Source: Mytilus californianus
Taxonomy: Eukaryota
Assembly (NCBI RefSeq): GCF_021869535.1
Contig: NW_026262581.1
Coordinates: 25,420,001 to 25,484,000, forward strand
DNA length: 64,000 bases
Direction of reading: 5' to 3'
Positions 39,867 to 51,311 of the stretch are shown piece after piece. The notes under the pieces were generated by a model. The model made no database searches and was not told the origin of the DNA. It worked only from the letters and a program-made list of their open reading frames with translations. The first letter of the stretch is position 1; every line of letters begins with the position of its first letter. The translations under genes were made by a program, and so were the position numbers.

Positions 39867-41964
39867 TAAGGGGCTGTTGATACCGCCTCTCTACTTGTCT
39901 TGATTTGCAGTAAGAGGCTGTTGATAACGCCTCTCTACTTGTCTTGATTCGCAGTAAAAGGCTGTTAAAAGCGCCTCACTACTTGTCTTGATTCGCAGTA
40001 AGAGGCTGTTAATAGCGCCTCCCTACTGATCTTGATTCGCAGTAAGAGGCTGTATATAACACCTCTCTACTTGTCTTGATTCGCAGTAAGAGGCTGTTGA
40101 TAACGCCTCTCTACTGGTCTTGATTTTCAGTAAGAGGCTGTTAAAAGCGCCTCACTACTTGTCTTGATTCGCAGTAAGAGGCTGTTAATAGTGCCTCCCT
40201 ACTGATCTTGATTCGCAGTAAGAGGCTGTATATAGCACCTCTCTACTTGTCTTGATTCGCAGTAAGAGGCTGTTAATAGCGCCTATCCACTACTCTTGAT
40301 TCAGTAAGAGGCAGTTAATAGTACCTCTCTACTTGTCTTGATTCGCAGTTGAGGCTATTAATAGCGCCACTCTGCTTGTCTTAATTCGCAATAAGAGGCT
40401 GTTAATAACGCCTCTCTACTTGTGGTGATTCGCAGTAAAAGGTTCTTAATAGCGCCTCTCTACTTGTCTTGATTCGCAGTGAAAGGCTGTTAATAACGCC
40501 TCTCTACCTGTCTTGATTCGCAGTAAAAGGCTGTTGATAACGCCTCTCTACTTGTCTTGATTCGCAGTAAGAGGCTGTTAAAAGCGCCTCACTTCTTGTC
40601 TTGATTCGCAGTAAGAAGCTGTTAATAGTGCCTCCCTACTGATCTTGATTCGCAGTAAAAGGCTGTATATAGCACCTCTCTACTTGTCTAAATTCGCAGT
40701 AAGAGGCTGTTAATAACGCCTCTCTACTTGTGTTGATTCGCAGTAAAAGGTTGTTAATAGCGCCTCTCTACCTGTCTTGATTCGCAGTGAAAGGCTGATA
40801 ATAACGCCTCTCTACCTGTCTTGATTCGCAGTAAAAGGCTGTTAATAACACCTCTCTACTTGTCTTGATTCGCAGTAAGAGGCTGTTGATAAAGCCTCTC
40901 TACTTGTCTTGATTCGCAGTAAGAGGCTGTTAATAGTGCCTCCCTACTGATCTTGATCCGCAGTAAGAGGCTGTATATAGCACCTCTCTACTTGTCTTGA
41001 TTCGCAGTGAGAGACTGTTAATAGCGCCTATCCACTAGTCTTGATTCAATAAGAGGCTGTTAATAGCACCTCTCTACTTGTCTTTATTCGCAGTTGAGGC
41101 TATTAATAGCGCCACTCTGCTTGTCTTAATTCGCAGTAAGAGGCTGTTCATAACGCCTCTCTACTTGTGTTGATTCGCAGTAAAAGGTTGTTAATAGCGC
41201 CTCTCTACTTGTCTTGATTCGCAGTGAAAGGCTGTTAATAACGCCTCTCTACCTGTCTTGATTCGCAGTAAAAGGCTGTTAATAACGCCTCTCTAATTTT
41301 CTTGATTCGCAGTAAAAGGCTGTTGATTACGCCTCTCTACTTGTCTTGATTCGCAGTAAGAGGCTGTTAAAAGCGCCTCACTACTTGTCTTGATTTGCAG
41401 TAAGAGGCTCTTAATAGTGGCTCCCTACTGATCTTGATTCGCAGTAAGAGGCTGTATATAGCACCTCTCTTCTTGTCTGAATTCGCAGTAAGAGGCTGTT
41501 TATAGCACCTCTCTACTTGTCTTAATTCGCAGTAAGAGGCTGTTAATAACGCCTCTCTACTTGTGTTGATTCGCAGTAAAAGGTTGTTAATAGCGCCTCT
41601 CTACTTGTCTTGATTCGCAGTGAGAGGCTGTTAATAACGCCTCTCTACCTGTCTTGATTCGCAGTAAGAGGCTGTTAATAACACCTCTCTACTTGTCTTG
41701 ATTCGCAGTAAGAGGCTGTTAATAGCGCCTATCCACTAGTCTTGATTCAGTAAGAGGCTGTTAATAGCACCTCTATACTTGTCTTGATTCGCAGTTGAGG
41801 CTATTAATAGCGCCACTCTGCTTGTCTTAATTCGCAGTAAGAGGCTGTTAATAACGCCTCTCTACTTGTGTTGATTCGCAGTAAAAGGTTGTTAATAGCG
41901 CCTCTCTACTTGTCTTGATTCGCAGTAAAAGGCTGTCAATAACGCCTCTCTACTTGTCTTGATT
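39867..41964 (+). repeat. Intronic satellite, 44-bp monomer, about 48 copies, with higher-order repeat structure
   Basis: Consensus taagaggctgttaatagcgcctctctacttgtcttgattcgcag. A variant block (gcctatccacta...gattca) recurs at about 40280, 41026 and 41727. Confidence 0.97.
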
Positions 41965-42079
41965 GTGAATTTTAAGAGAATCAGGACTACACAATTGTAC
42001 TTATGATGAAAAAATAAATTGCATTTTGAGGTTGTCTACAATAGGATGGTACAAAGAAAAAGTAAATACGTGTACTCAC

Positions 42080-42183
42080 CTGTAAATGTATTTTATGTAC
42101 AGATACACTATGACAACAACACCAATTAAAACAACCAATGGAATCACAACAACAAGAGTGATCGTTGTTGTTTTGTCCACCAT
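42080..42183 (-). CDS. Orphan single-pass membrane protein, coding exon 1: MVDKTTTITLVVVIPLVVLIGVVVIVYLYIKYIY (TM helix)
   Basis: aagATGG start with in-frame stops upstream, ~23 hydrophobic residues, donor TACAG|gtgagt at 42079 (phase 2), acceptor ctcAG| at 42203. Not in the ORF track. Confidence 0.8.
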
Positions 42184-43700
42184 CTTTGTTTCTTATAATT
42201 ATCTGAGTTACAAAAAAAATCATAATACAATTTATATCAAAGATATATGTTCTTTCAAAGTATTATTGCTTCTTATATTTTATATGGATTTAAAATCGGT
42301 TCCCTTATGTTTAGCTTGTAAAAACGGTTATTTTTAGCTGTACAAAAGATTGACGGTTCTCATTTATTTTTCCTTTTTATACATTGCACAATGTAGCGTT
42401 TTTCTGCATTAATTGTTCTTGATATTTTTTATATGAAATCTAATACAGCGGGCCAATATAAGAGTGTAGGAAGTGATGATATTTACATCAGCGGAATATT
42501 TCCTTTGATATAAAAAAAGTAAGGAGAGGTGGAATGATTGCAAATGAGACAACTATTCACCAAAGTTAAAATGAAGTGGATGTAATCAATTATAGACAAC
42601 AATACGACTTTCAACAATGAAAAAACCCATAACGTATAGTCGTCTATAAAAGGCCCCGAGTAATACCGATAAAATTTATAGGACAGTTAAATTGTTTTTG
42701 GAAAAGGTTAAGTTTTCTTTTTTTTAAGGATCAAGCAACAAAAACAAAAACAAATCCAATGAGGTAGACTTTACAATACATTCGTAGCATATTTACAAAC
42801 CATATACGCCTTACCTCCTTTTGAACTATTTCTTTCTGATATTCGCTGTAATATGATATCTTGGAGTTCGGAACTTTCTACCTCAATTTCACAACAAGGT
42901 TGTTCCAAAACAACAGGATAACAGCCAAACACGAACAGGATATCACAATGAATGTATTCTGACCTGATAAAACACGAGTCTTTTATTAAGATGTCAAAAG
43001 ATAGATAAAGATTTTTATTTCAGCGTGAATTTCCGGATCACAAGATTTAATAAAATTTTAAGATAGTGGTATGGGTATTTCAACCCATATCTAAAAAATG
43101 TGTTAAAGTGTATTTTGATCATTATCTTAAAAACGAAACTTACACTATCTTACCAAAACGCCTAGGGGACATACGAACATTTTAAAGTACATGAGATAAA
43201 AACACATGTCCCCTCCCGATAAACCGTTAAACAGAACTTTACTCATATAATTAACATGAATAAAAAGCAAGAAAAATCTTCTTTTTACGTACTTTAATTT
43301 TCATACTGTAATGTTGAGGGGAGGGGGGGGGGGGGGGGGGTGCGTTCCTTATTCCTTCAGAGGTTAAATTTCAGAAGAGCGATTCGGGCGCATCAAATGT
43401 AACGGTGTCATTTTCATTATTCATTACCGCTTTTCGAGTGAATGAAATGAAATATGATCACATCAATTTTAATGTCAGTTTAAGTTTCAGTCCAAGAGTA
43501 TATATTTCATTTATTGCTATATATTAATTTCCTTTCCTGATATATATTTTAGATGAATGTAATATACTGCTGGACTTCAGATAACCAGAAATCAATCAAT
43601 ACATACAATCAATATCCAGACTTCAATTCTCTTATCAATGATGTTATTTTGTTGACATAATATATTTTGATATAACTTACAGGGAAAAAAATAAAATAAA

Positions 43701-43702
43701 TA

Positions 43703-43756
<54 letters not shown>
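43701..43756 (+). repeat. (TAA)n microsatellite
   Basis: Direct reading. Confidence 0.95.
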
Positions 43757-43758
<2 letters not shown>

Positions 43759-45064
43759 ACATAAACTACATGTATATACCTTAATCGTACGTACGATCCA
43801 TTGAATGAAAAAAATGTATTATTTAGTAATGGATGAAATTACAGTAAAGGATGTATTAACTTCGTTTTAATATAAACCCACACGTATGTAAAAATAAGAT
43901 GGGATTATATATCTTACTTCTTTATCCAGATTTAAACGGATTACATACTCTGGAAATAAAAAGAGTGAAGACATTCACCTAAAAACTATTTTTGCATGTT
44001 AGATAGTTAAATAAATGGTGACCAATAGATATATAATGGTGACCAAAGGATAGTTGACGGTGACCAAAACAATGGCAAAACCAGTTAACAATTTATTGGT
44101 GTATAGTGGTTTTATCTGACAGACGGTGTTACTATCAATAGCGATTGAATTATTTCAAATCATATATGCATAAGATGACAATAACACAGCGAATGGCTGC
44201 ATTTGTAATTTTTGTTTTTACATTCGTACATACATTGTATGTCTTTGACCATTTAAAACATGGCAGATTTCTGCAATCAAGCAATTCGGTCAACACAGTT
44301 TCAGTCTCAAATCACAGAACATGATACAATTTCTGATTGTCATAGTATCCCCCGATTTCATTCTGAAGTAAACATTTAGGCTACCCATCCGTCGATATAT
44401 CAATACGTCAATATAGTTTGTAAGAAACGATTATTGGGACTTCTCAAATTAAAAAAATCGGTTAACACAGTTTCAGTCTCAATTAAATCACAGAAAATGA
44501 TCCAATGTTTTACTGTCATGGTACATGTCTCCCCCTTTTCTTCTGGACTACATTTAATTCCACCCACCCGTCAATATGTCAACTTGTTAATAGAAATCAA
44601 AAGAATACTCACCAAAGATATATTTGTTTACTTTTAAGTATGTAAGAATCCGTTTTATCACAAACAGGAAGTAGAAGATTTAACATACTTGACCTGTTTT
44701 CTACAAAGAATTTTTAAGGTGAAAATTTAAAAAAAAGAATCAAATTTCTTACTTGTTTATAAATAGCATTGACACCTTTTACATTTTATTCATTTCCTTG
44801 TAAATTTTAATTCTGTCCTGGCGATTATTCATCTATTTCCGGTATTTACGAGAAAATTAAGAATAATACATGATAATGTGTACTGATATTTTAAATATTT
44901 TCAGAAGTGATAGGCCAATGACTTAAAAATTTGACATTTCAAGCAATATTTTTCTCGCAAAAATCGGTCTTTTTATCTTTTCTTAGATGTTTAGTGCCAC
45001 TTATATACCGCTGTTAATCAATAAAAACTTAAAACTGTACTTGAAATAATTTAAATTATTGCTT

Positions 45065-45310
45065 AAAATGTATGATTTGGTCATTTTTATAAATTTACTT
45101 TTTGCAAAAGTATGAATTATTCGAAAAACTAAGGATTTTCTTATCCTAGGCATAGATTACCTTAGCCGTATTTGGCACAACATTTTGGAATTTTGGTCCT
45201 CAATGCTCTTCAACTTTATACTTTAATGGCTTTCTAACTATTTTTATCTGAGCGTCACTGATGAGTCTTATGTAGATCAAATTATAAGCCTGGTACCTTT
45301 GATAACTATT
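45065..45310 (+). mobile_element. Retrozyme/Penelope-like repeat monomer with a partly deleted type I hammerhead ribozyme
   Basis: gagcgtca-CTGATGA-gtcttatgtaga at 45250-45276; the GAAA, stem III and cleavage triplet are missing. Related copies at 24790-25010 (-), 46140-46290 (-), 48460-48530 and 50050-50110. Confidence 0.6.
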
Positions 45311-46140
45311 AAAGAGTTAAAATGTAAGGGGCAACCACTGACTACAAGTAATTACTTCTTAAAAGTGATAGTTTATTTCGAATATATCCATTTTGTGTTT
45401 TACTTATATTCGCCTTGGTCCATCATGTATGTCAGTGGTATATTAAATGCAGAACTAACAGTCCTGTTTTTTTTTATATATTTTTAAATTTTAAAGAGAT
45501 ACATTCTAAACAACTTCAGTGGCATATATCTCGTTAAGTGTTTACACATCTTTTGCTCTCAAATATTTGAGTTTATTAGATCCAGTATATGCTTTTAACC
45601 CAACTCATGACAGAGGTATTTTTTTTTATTTTGATATCAATCATAAAATTTCAATTTATTTTCGTCCCCTTATAATAAAACATTTAACCTACAGCAAACC
45701 TTTCGTTTTGACGTCACAAAACAGTAAAATGTTAATTGTCGTTATCATTAATAAATTAAATGTTGTTGAAATCCCTCTGAATATTACAATAGTTGATAGT
45801 CATCATTCGTTTTTATTCATAAGACCGTTAAATGTTAACTGACATTAGTATAAATTTTATTGAAATCAAATTTGCTTTATAATATATGTCAGACCACAAA
45901 ACTGGTTAGAATACGGTTTAGTCAATAATAAAGACTAATACTGGTAGTATATTATATTCAAATAAATTCATACCTCATGATCTATATATTCATTTTCCGA
46001 AATTAAAACATTTTAATTGAAATTAGATGCGAAAAAATAAAATTTAATAGGCTTGAAGAATATGAAAACTATTAACATACTTATAGAATTTGATGTAATG
46101 AATAATAAAATCATTATAGATGTCAGGATTTAATTGTGTA

Positions 46141-46190
46141 TTCCAGTCTCGCGTTTCTTCTACAAAAGACTCATGAGTGACCTTCGAATC
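46141..46190 (-). ncRNA. Decayed minimal hammerhead ribozyme
   Basis: Reverse strand: gaaggtca CTCATGA gtctt-ttgt-agaa GAAA c-gcga-g ac tggaa. Full topology, but G5, the stem II closing pair and the NUH site are mutated. Confidence 0.5.
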
Positions 46191-46479
46191 AAAAAGTTTA
46201 AAAGGCCAAATAAATTACGAAGCTGAAGATCATTTAGGACAAAAAGTTCCGATAGATTTGCAAAATACAGATGTATGACTGATTCATCGGGAACCTTTTG
46301 TTAGCAATATCGGTATACATGAAAAATCCGCATGATAGTAGACCATTTATAATTGTTGAAGTTGTTATAAAGTCTCTACAAAGACAATATATTTTAGAAA
46401 GATGAAAAACAACAAATGATTAGAGTACGTTTGGCATGACGCTTGATTCACACATAAATTTCCTCCGGTACACTCGTAA

Positions 46480-47370
46480 GGGAGCTACCATTTGATTAAA
46501 AATTTTGTCCTGCATTTTTTTTAGTTGTGTAGCAGGAGCAATTTTGCTGGAGATTCGGGGATGCGTACCAGAGCTTGTTCTAGTTTGTGAACTGATTTAA
46601 ACGGAGACAATGGATGCCAAATGTAAAAGCGCTATCTAAATATCTAAGTAAATGAAAACCAAAAACAGTGAAAACAATATATAATTTATTCAATAAGTAC
46701 AACTTTTATCATGAAATCCAGAGATTTTTGAAATGGAGCATTCAAGGACTTCAATAATTACCCGTATTAAGAAGGCTTATGGCAGATGCACTAACCTTAA
46801 AGGGAAGTTTTGGAAAAGCATAGCTTTCCTTGGTTTTTTTTTATCGTTAAGCTATCCTTGGTTGCACTGAACTTCAGTCCTCAGACAAGTCAACATAATA
46901 ATTCCAAACCACTTATATAAAATGTATAAGATTTTCAAAGAAGGTTATAAATGATTTGCGACGATGCAAATACTAAACTTTAGAATATAAATAAATATCT
47001 TTTACCAATGAATTCCAAATATCAATATCTATTCAATTTAACAAATATGTACTGAATAAGATTCATGTAAATTATTAAATAAAGAAATATGAAATTTATA
47101 GTTTTAAACAAGGAAAATAACAATTACATAATAATACTGTCTGCCACAGTTGTAATCTCTGTCCGGACTTTTTATTTTTCACTCTATTCGGTCCTGCCTT
47201 TTTTCATTAGTTTATCCTGACTTTTTTTACATAAATTGTCATCCTGCCTTTTTTTTTTTGCCAAGTTGCTCATCCTGCCTTTTTTTTTTAATCAAAACTC
47301 CTGTCCTGCCTTTTTTTTTTTAAATTTCATCCTAGCCCCCTCCCCTCATAAAAATCAAATGGTAGCTCCC
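46480..47370. mobile_element. PIF/Harbinger-type MITE with an unrelated internal insertion
   Basis: TAA|GGGAGCTACCATTTGATT ... AATCAAATGGTAGCTCCC|TAA, with internal tgtcctg/catcctgcc repeats. One-ended relatives at about 52707 and 58485. Confidence 0.8.
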
Positions 47371-47459
47371 TAAACAGCCACTTCAAAAATCGATAATTTA
47401 TAAACATTTTTTAGCATAAAACTAAAGTCACATATAAATACAACAGATAAGTAACTTAC

Positions 47460-47535
47460 TTATGTTTGAGAGATAAAAGGATTTGCAATCTTAGTTTTAG
47501 CAACAAACACAACAAGTCCAACTGTTCTTGTTTAT
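47460..47535 (-). other. Putative 5' UTR exon of the membrane protein gene
   Basis: cttttacAG| acceptor-like site and CATAA|gtaagt donor; no ATG inside. Confidence 0.35.
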
Positions 47536-47798
47536 CTGTAAAAGTAGTTAGTCCAGAAATGATCCGGAAGGCTTTCCAGGAGACATGAAAGAGTAGCTGC
47601 AGCAAATCTTTTTTTGTTTTATCTGTCTCGATGTTACATGTTACCTTGGGTTATTTCAAAGATATGATTGTATCTAGATGTTAAATTATTCGAATACTAA
47701 GGTTTTTTGCCCTAGGTATAATAGATTGGCTTAACCTCATTAGGCACATCTTTTTGGAATTTTCAACTTTTAATGCTCTTCAAAGTTGTATGTGATGT

Positions 47799-48439
47799 TG
47801 TTGAAAAGACCGCGAGACCGGCAACGTCGCGAATTACCTTTGTATCCAAGGTCGACGTTACATTGGCGACTCCACCTTAGCTTTAATTATAGTAACAGTT
47901 AAACGTCAAACTGTATAACTGTTGTTTGTTATTTAGAGTCAGATAATTATAAGAAATCGTTCCTACATTTATGGTGCCGTGACTAATGGAGTTACCGAAG
48001 CCCAAATCGATTAGATGGGCAATCGTAGTGCCGTTACCAGACTTTTACGAAAATTTGCCGAAGCAAAAGAAAGTTCTGCATTCGACAGAGAGGAGCTGTT
48101 AGCCACATACGAAAACAGAAGAAGTTACTCGACACACTGAATGAACAAATTGTGAATACATCGGAAACAGAGGATACAGAGACTTTAATCTTAATTTAAT
48201 GTAATTTATATACTGTTTTTCAATTTTCTTTTAATCGTATTACTAAATTACTTTTTTGAGGCCCCGAGAATGTTGAGAAGACCGCTGGTCCGGCAGCGTC
48301 GAGAATTACCTTTGTATCCAAGGTCGACGTCACATCGGCGACACCACCTTAGCTTTAGTTATAGTAACAAGTAAACGTCAAACTGTATTACTGTTATTTG
48401 TTATTTAGAGTCAGATAACTATAAGAAATCGTCCCCACA
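47799..48439 (+). mobile_element. 641-bp BEL/Pao-derived miniature LTR retroelement (TRIM-like)
   Basis: 169-bp TG...CA LTRs (47799-47967, 48271-48439); PBS TGGTGCCGTGACT (47972-47984); gag N-terminus from ATG 47986; PPT gaggccccgagaa; 5-bp TSD GATGT/AATGT. Confidence 0.85.
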
Positions 48440-51077
48440 AATGTGGCCTTCCACCTGTTTTGATTCGAGTGTCATGGTCGTCTGTCGTACAAAATTATAA
48501 GCCTGGGATATTTGATGAGTTTTTGAACTATAATCACGATATTTCGTATACATGCGACTTGTTTGAGACTCACTCATTAGAATCGTTTGGTTTAACGTCC
48601 CTGTGGTCTTCGGATTCCATATTCCACATGCTTAAGTGTGGAGTCGTAGGATTCAACATCCTAAGTGCAGAGTCATTGAATTTAAAATCCAAATTGTGAA
48701 GTCATTTGATCAAACTCGAGCAGACCTTTCTATGTGACTGAAGTAATTATATACATTTTATCTAGAAAAATGTCCTTTTATTGAGAAAAGGTTTTCATGT
48801 GAAAATAAAAAAAAATAAAACATAATTTTTTTCGCAAAAACATTTCTTACAAAAGCGTCAAATGTTAAGATCTGGAATCAATTTGGCGAAAAACATAGAA
48901 TAACTAGTGGAACTTGTTGCAAGCATTTACAGTCAAGCATTTTGTTTAGGATAGATTTCTTTCTCAATTATTTCAGAAATTTTAAATGATTTACAGTCAA
49001 AGTACATGTAGGTATCTATTCAATATTTCTTCAGTAAAGAAACTTATATTAAATGAGTATGTATATATGTATTGCCTTTGAGTTGCGTATTTTTATTTCA
49101 TAACTATTTTTCATTTGAATGGTTAATTATTATTCTTTTTTTAAGTACACGAAAGAGTGTTTTGCTAACTAAAGACTGAAAAATTTGACAACGGACCAAA
49201 ACCGATATATATATATATATATATTTACAGAAATGTTTTTTAATTGATTTCTAATTTGAAAGAAGTTTGAATGGTTTTGTTTGATTTTTATTATAAAAAT
49301 AATAATGGATCAGATTATAATATGTTTTTAATATTTATACATCACAAAGACGAGGGTTAAGATGTACTGCATAGGAATGGTTAATTATAAAAACCGAAAA
49401 CTCATAATACTGGTGTAAAATCATTGAACAAAATCATAAAGGGGAGAACGTACCAAAGTTTGAAGAAAATTGACAGTTCTCTTTTCTTAACTTGATTGAA
49501 GTAGTTTTATTGCTTTTAAATAATGAGTCAGATAATTATAAGAAATCGTTCCTACATTTATGGTGCCGTGACTAATGAAGTTACCGAAGCTCAAATCGAT
49601 TAGAACGGGCAATCGTAGTGCTGTTACCAGATTTTTACGAAAATTTGCCGAAGCAAAAGAAAGTTCTGAATTCGACAGAGAGGAGCTGTTAGCCACATAC
49701 GAAAACTTACAACAGAAGAAGTTACTCGACACACTGAATGAACAAATTGTGAATACATTGGAAACAGAGGATATAGAAACTTTAATCTTAATTTAATATA
49801 ATTTATATTTATATATTGTATTCAATTTTCTTTTCTACGTAAAGTACTTTTTGGAGGCCCCGAGAATGTTGAGAAGACCGCGGTTCCGGCAACGAATTAC
49901 CCTTGTATCCAAGATCGATGTCACATCGGCGTCGCCACCTTAGCTTTGGTTATAGTAACAAGTAAACGTCAAACTGTATAGCTGTTATTTGTTATTTAGA
50001 GTCGGATAATTAAAAGAAATCTTCCCACAGATGTGGCCTTCCACCTGTTTTGATTCGAGCGTCATGATCATCTGTCGTACAAAATAATAATTATATTTGA
50101 TGAGTTTTTGAACCATAAGCACGATATTTGGTGTACATGTGACTTGTTTGAGACTCACTCATAAGAATCATATGGTTTAACGTCCCTATGGTCTTCGGAT
50201 TCCATATTCCACATGCTTAAGTGTGGAGTTGTAGGATTCAACAATCTAAGTGCAGAGTCATTGAATATAAAATCCAAATTGTGAAGTCATTTGATCAAAC
50301 TCGAGCAGACCTTTCTATGTGACTCAAGTAATTATATAGATTGTATCTAGAAAAATGTCCTTTTATTGAAAAAAAGTTTTTATGTGAAAATAAAAAAATA
50401 AAATATACTTTTTTCACAAAAACATTTCTTACAAAAGCGTCAAATGTTAAGATCTGGAAAATATTTAACAAAAAAACATAAAATAACTATGTGGTACTTG
50501 TTTGCCAGCATTTACGGTCAAGCGTTTTGTTAAGAATATGTTTGTTTCTCAAATTACAGAAATTTGAAATGATCTACAATCAATGTACGCGTAGGTATTG
50601 ATTCATTATTTGTTTAGCAAAGAAACTAATAACAAATGAGTATGTATATATGTATTGCCTTTGAGTAACTTATGTTTTTTTTTTCTTTTCATAACCATTT
50701 TATTTTAATGGTTCAAACTTGTTTCGTACATGAAAGTATGATTTGTTAACTAAAGACTTTGAAAAAAATTGACAACGGACCAAAACCAATATTGACAGAT
50801 TTTATTTTTTAATTGATTTCTAATTTGAAAGAATTTTTAATGTTGTTGTTTGATTTTTATCATAAAAATATTAAATGATCAGATTATAATATATTTTAAA
50901 TATATATTTATCATAACGACGAGGGTATGGGTGTACTGCATAGGAATGGTTTATTATAAAAACCGAAAAATCAATGGACAATATCATGAAGGTGCAAACG
51001 TAATAAAGTTTGAAAAAGAAAATGAAAGTTCTCTTTTCTTAACTTGATTGAAGTATTTTTCATTGGTTTTAAATAAT
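47936..51077 (+). repeat. Older tandem duplication, two ~1.59-kb units (47936-49524, 49525-51077)
   Basis: Collinear similarity at an offset of ~1589 with many substitutions and indels. Confidence 0.92.
49525..50029 (+). mobile_element. Second copy of the mini LTR element (5' LTR truncated by the duplication junction)
   Basis: Same PBS; gag ORF 49575-49796 (MKLPKLKSIRTGNRSAVTRFLRKF...); 3' LTR 49867-50029 followed by GATGT. Confidence 0.85.
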
Positions 51078-51289
51078 AGTTGTAAAGAAATTTGATGTTG
51101 TTACATGAATAGAAATAATATGAATACAGCTTTACACTTAGCTGAGTTCAATTATAAACAAGTTCACGGCGCTGATTCGGTTTATCGTTTTTGTTTGATT
51201 TTAGTCGTGCAACTGCGGTTATTTACTAAAACAGTTCAGTTAAAAGCTTATGGAAAATAAGATAACATTTCAATAGGGAGAGTCCTTGT

Positions 51290-51311
51290 GGGGGGGGGGG
51301 GGGGGGGGGGG
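51290..51311 (+). repeat. Poly-G run of 22 nt; a second run of 18 nt at 43323-43340
   Basis: Direct reading. Confidence 0.9.

Noticed and set aside
39867-41964. CRISPR array (palindromic repeat of CRISPR-like size)
   Set aside because: Monomers abut with no unique spacers, there are no cas genes, and the context is a eukaryotic intron.
36200-41964. Common origin of the 45-bp coding repeat and the 44-bp intronic satellite
   Set aside because: Only two short words (acttgt, gttaa.ag) are shared, with different spacing.
42186-42204. 18-nt match (tcagataattataagaaa) between the TM exon acceptor and the mini-element LTR end
   Set aside because: Very AT-rich, no extension on either side; chance cannot be excluded.
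41987-42223. Cys-rich peptide ORF (HSCCCDSIGCFNWCCC), open from acceptor to donor in phase 0
   Set aside because: It is the shifted frame of the Val-rich TM exon (GTT/GTG runs read as TGT); there is no in-frame ATG, and the TM frame has a good start and a phase-matched next exon.
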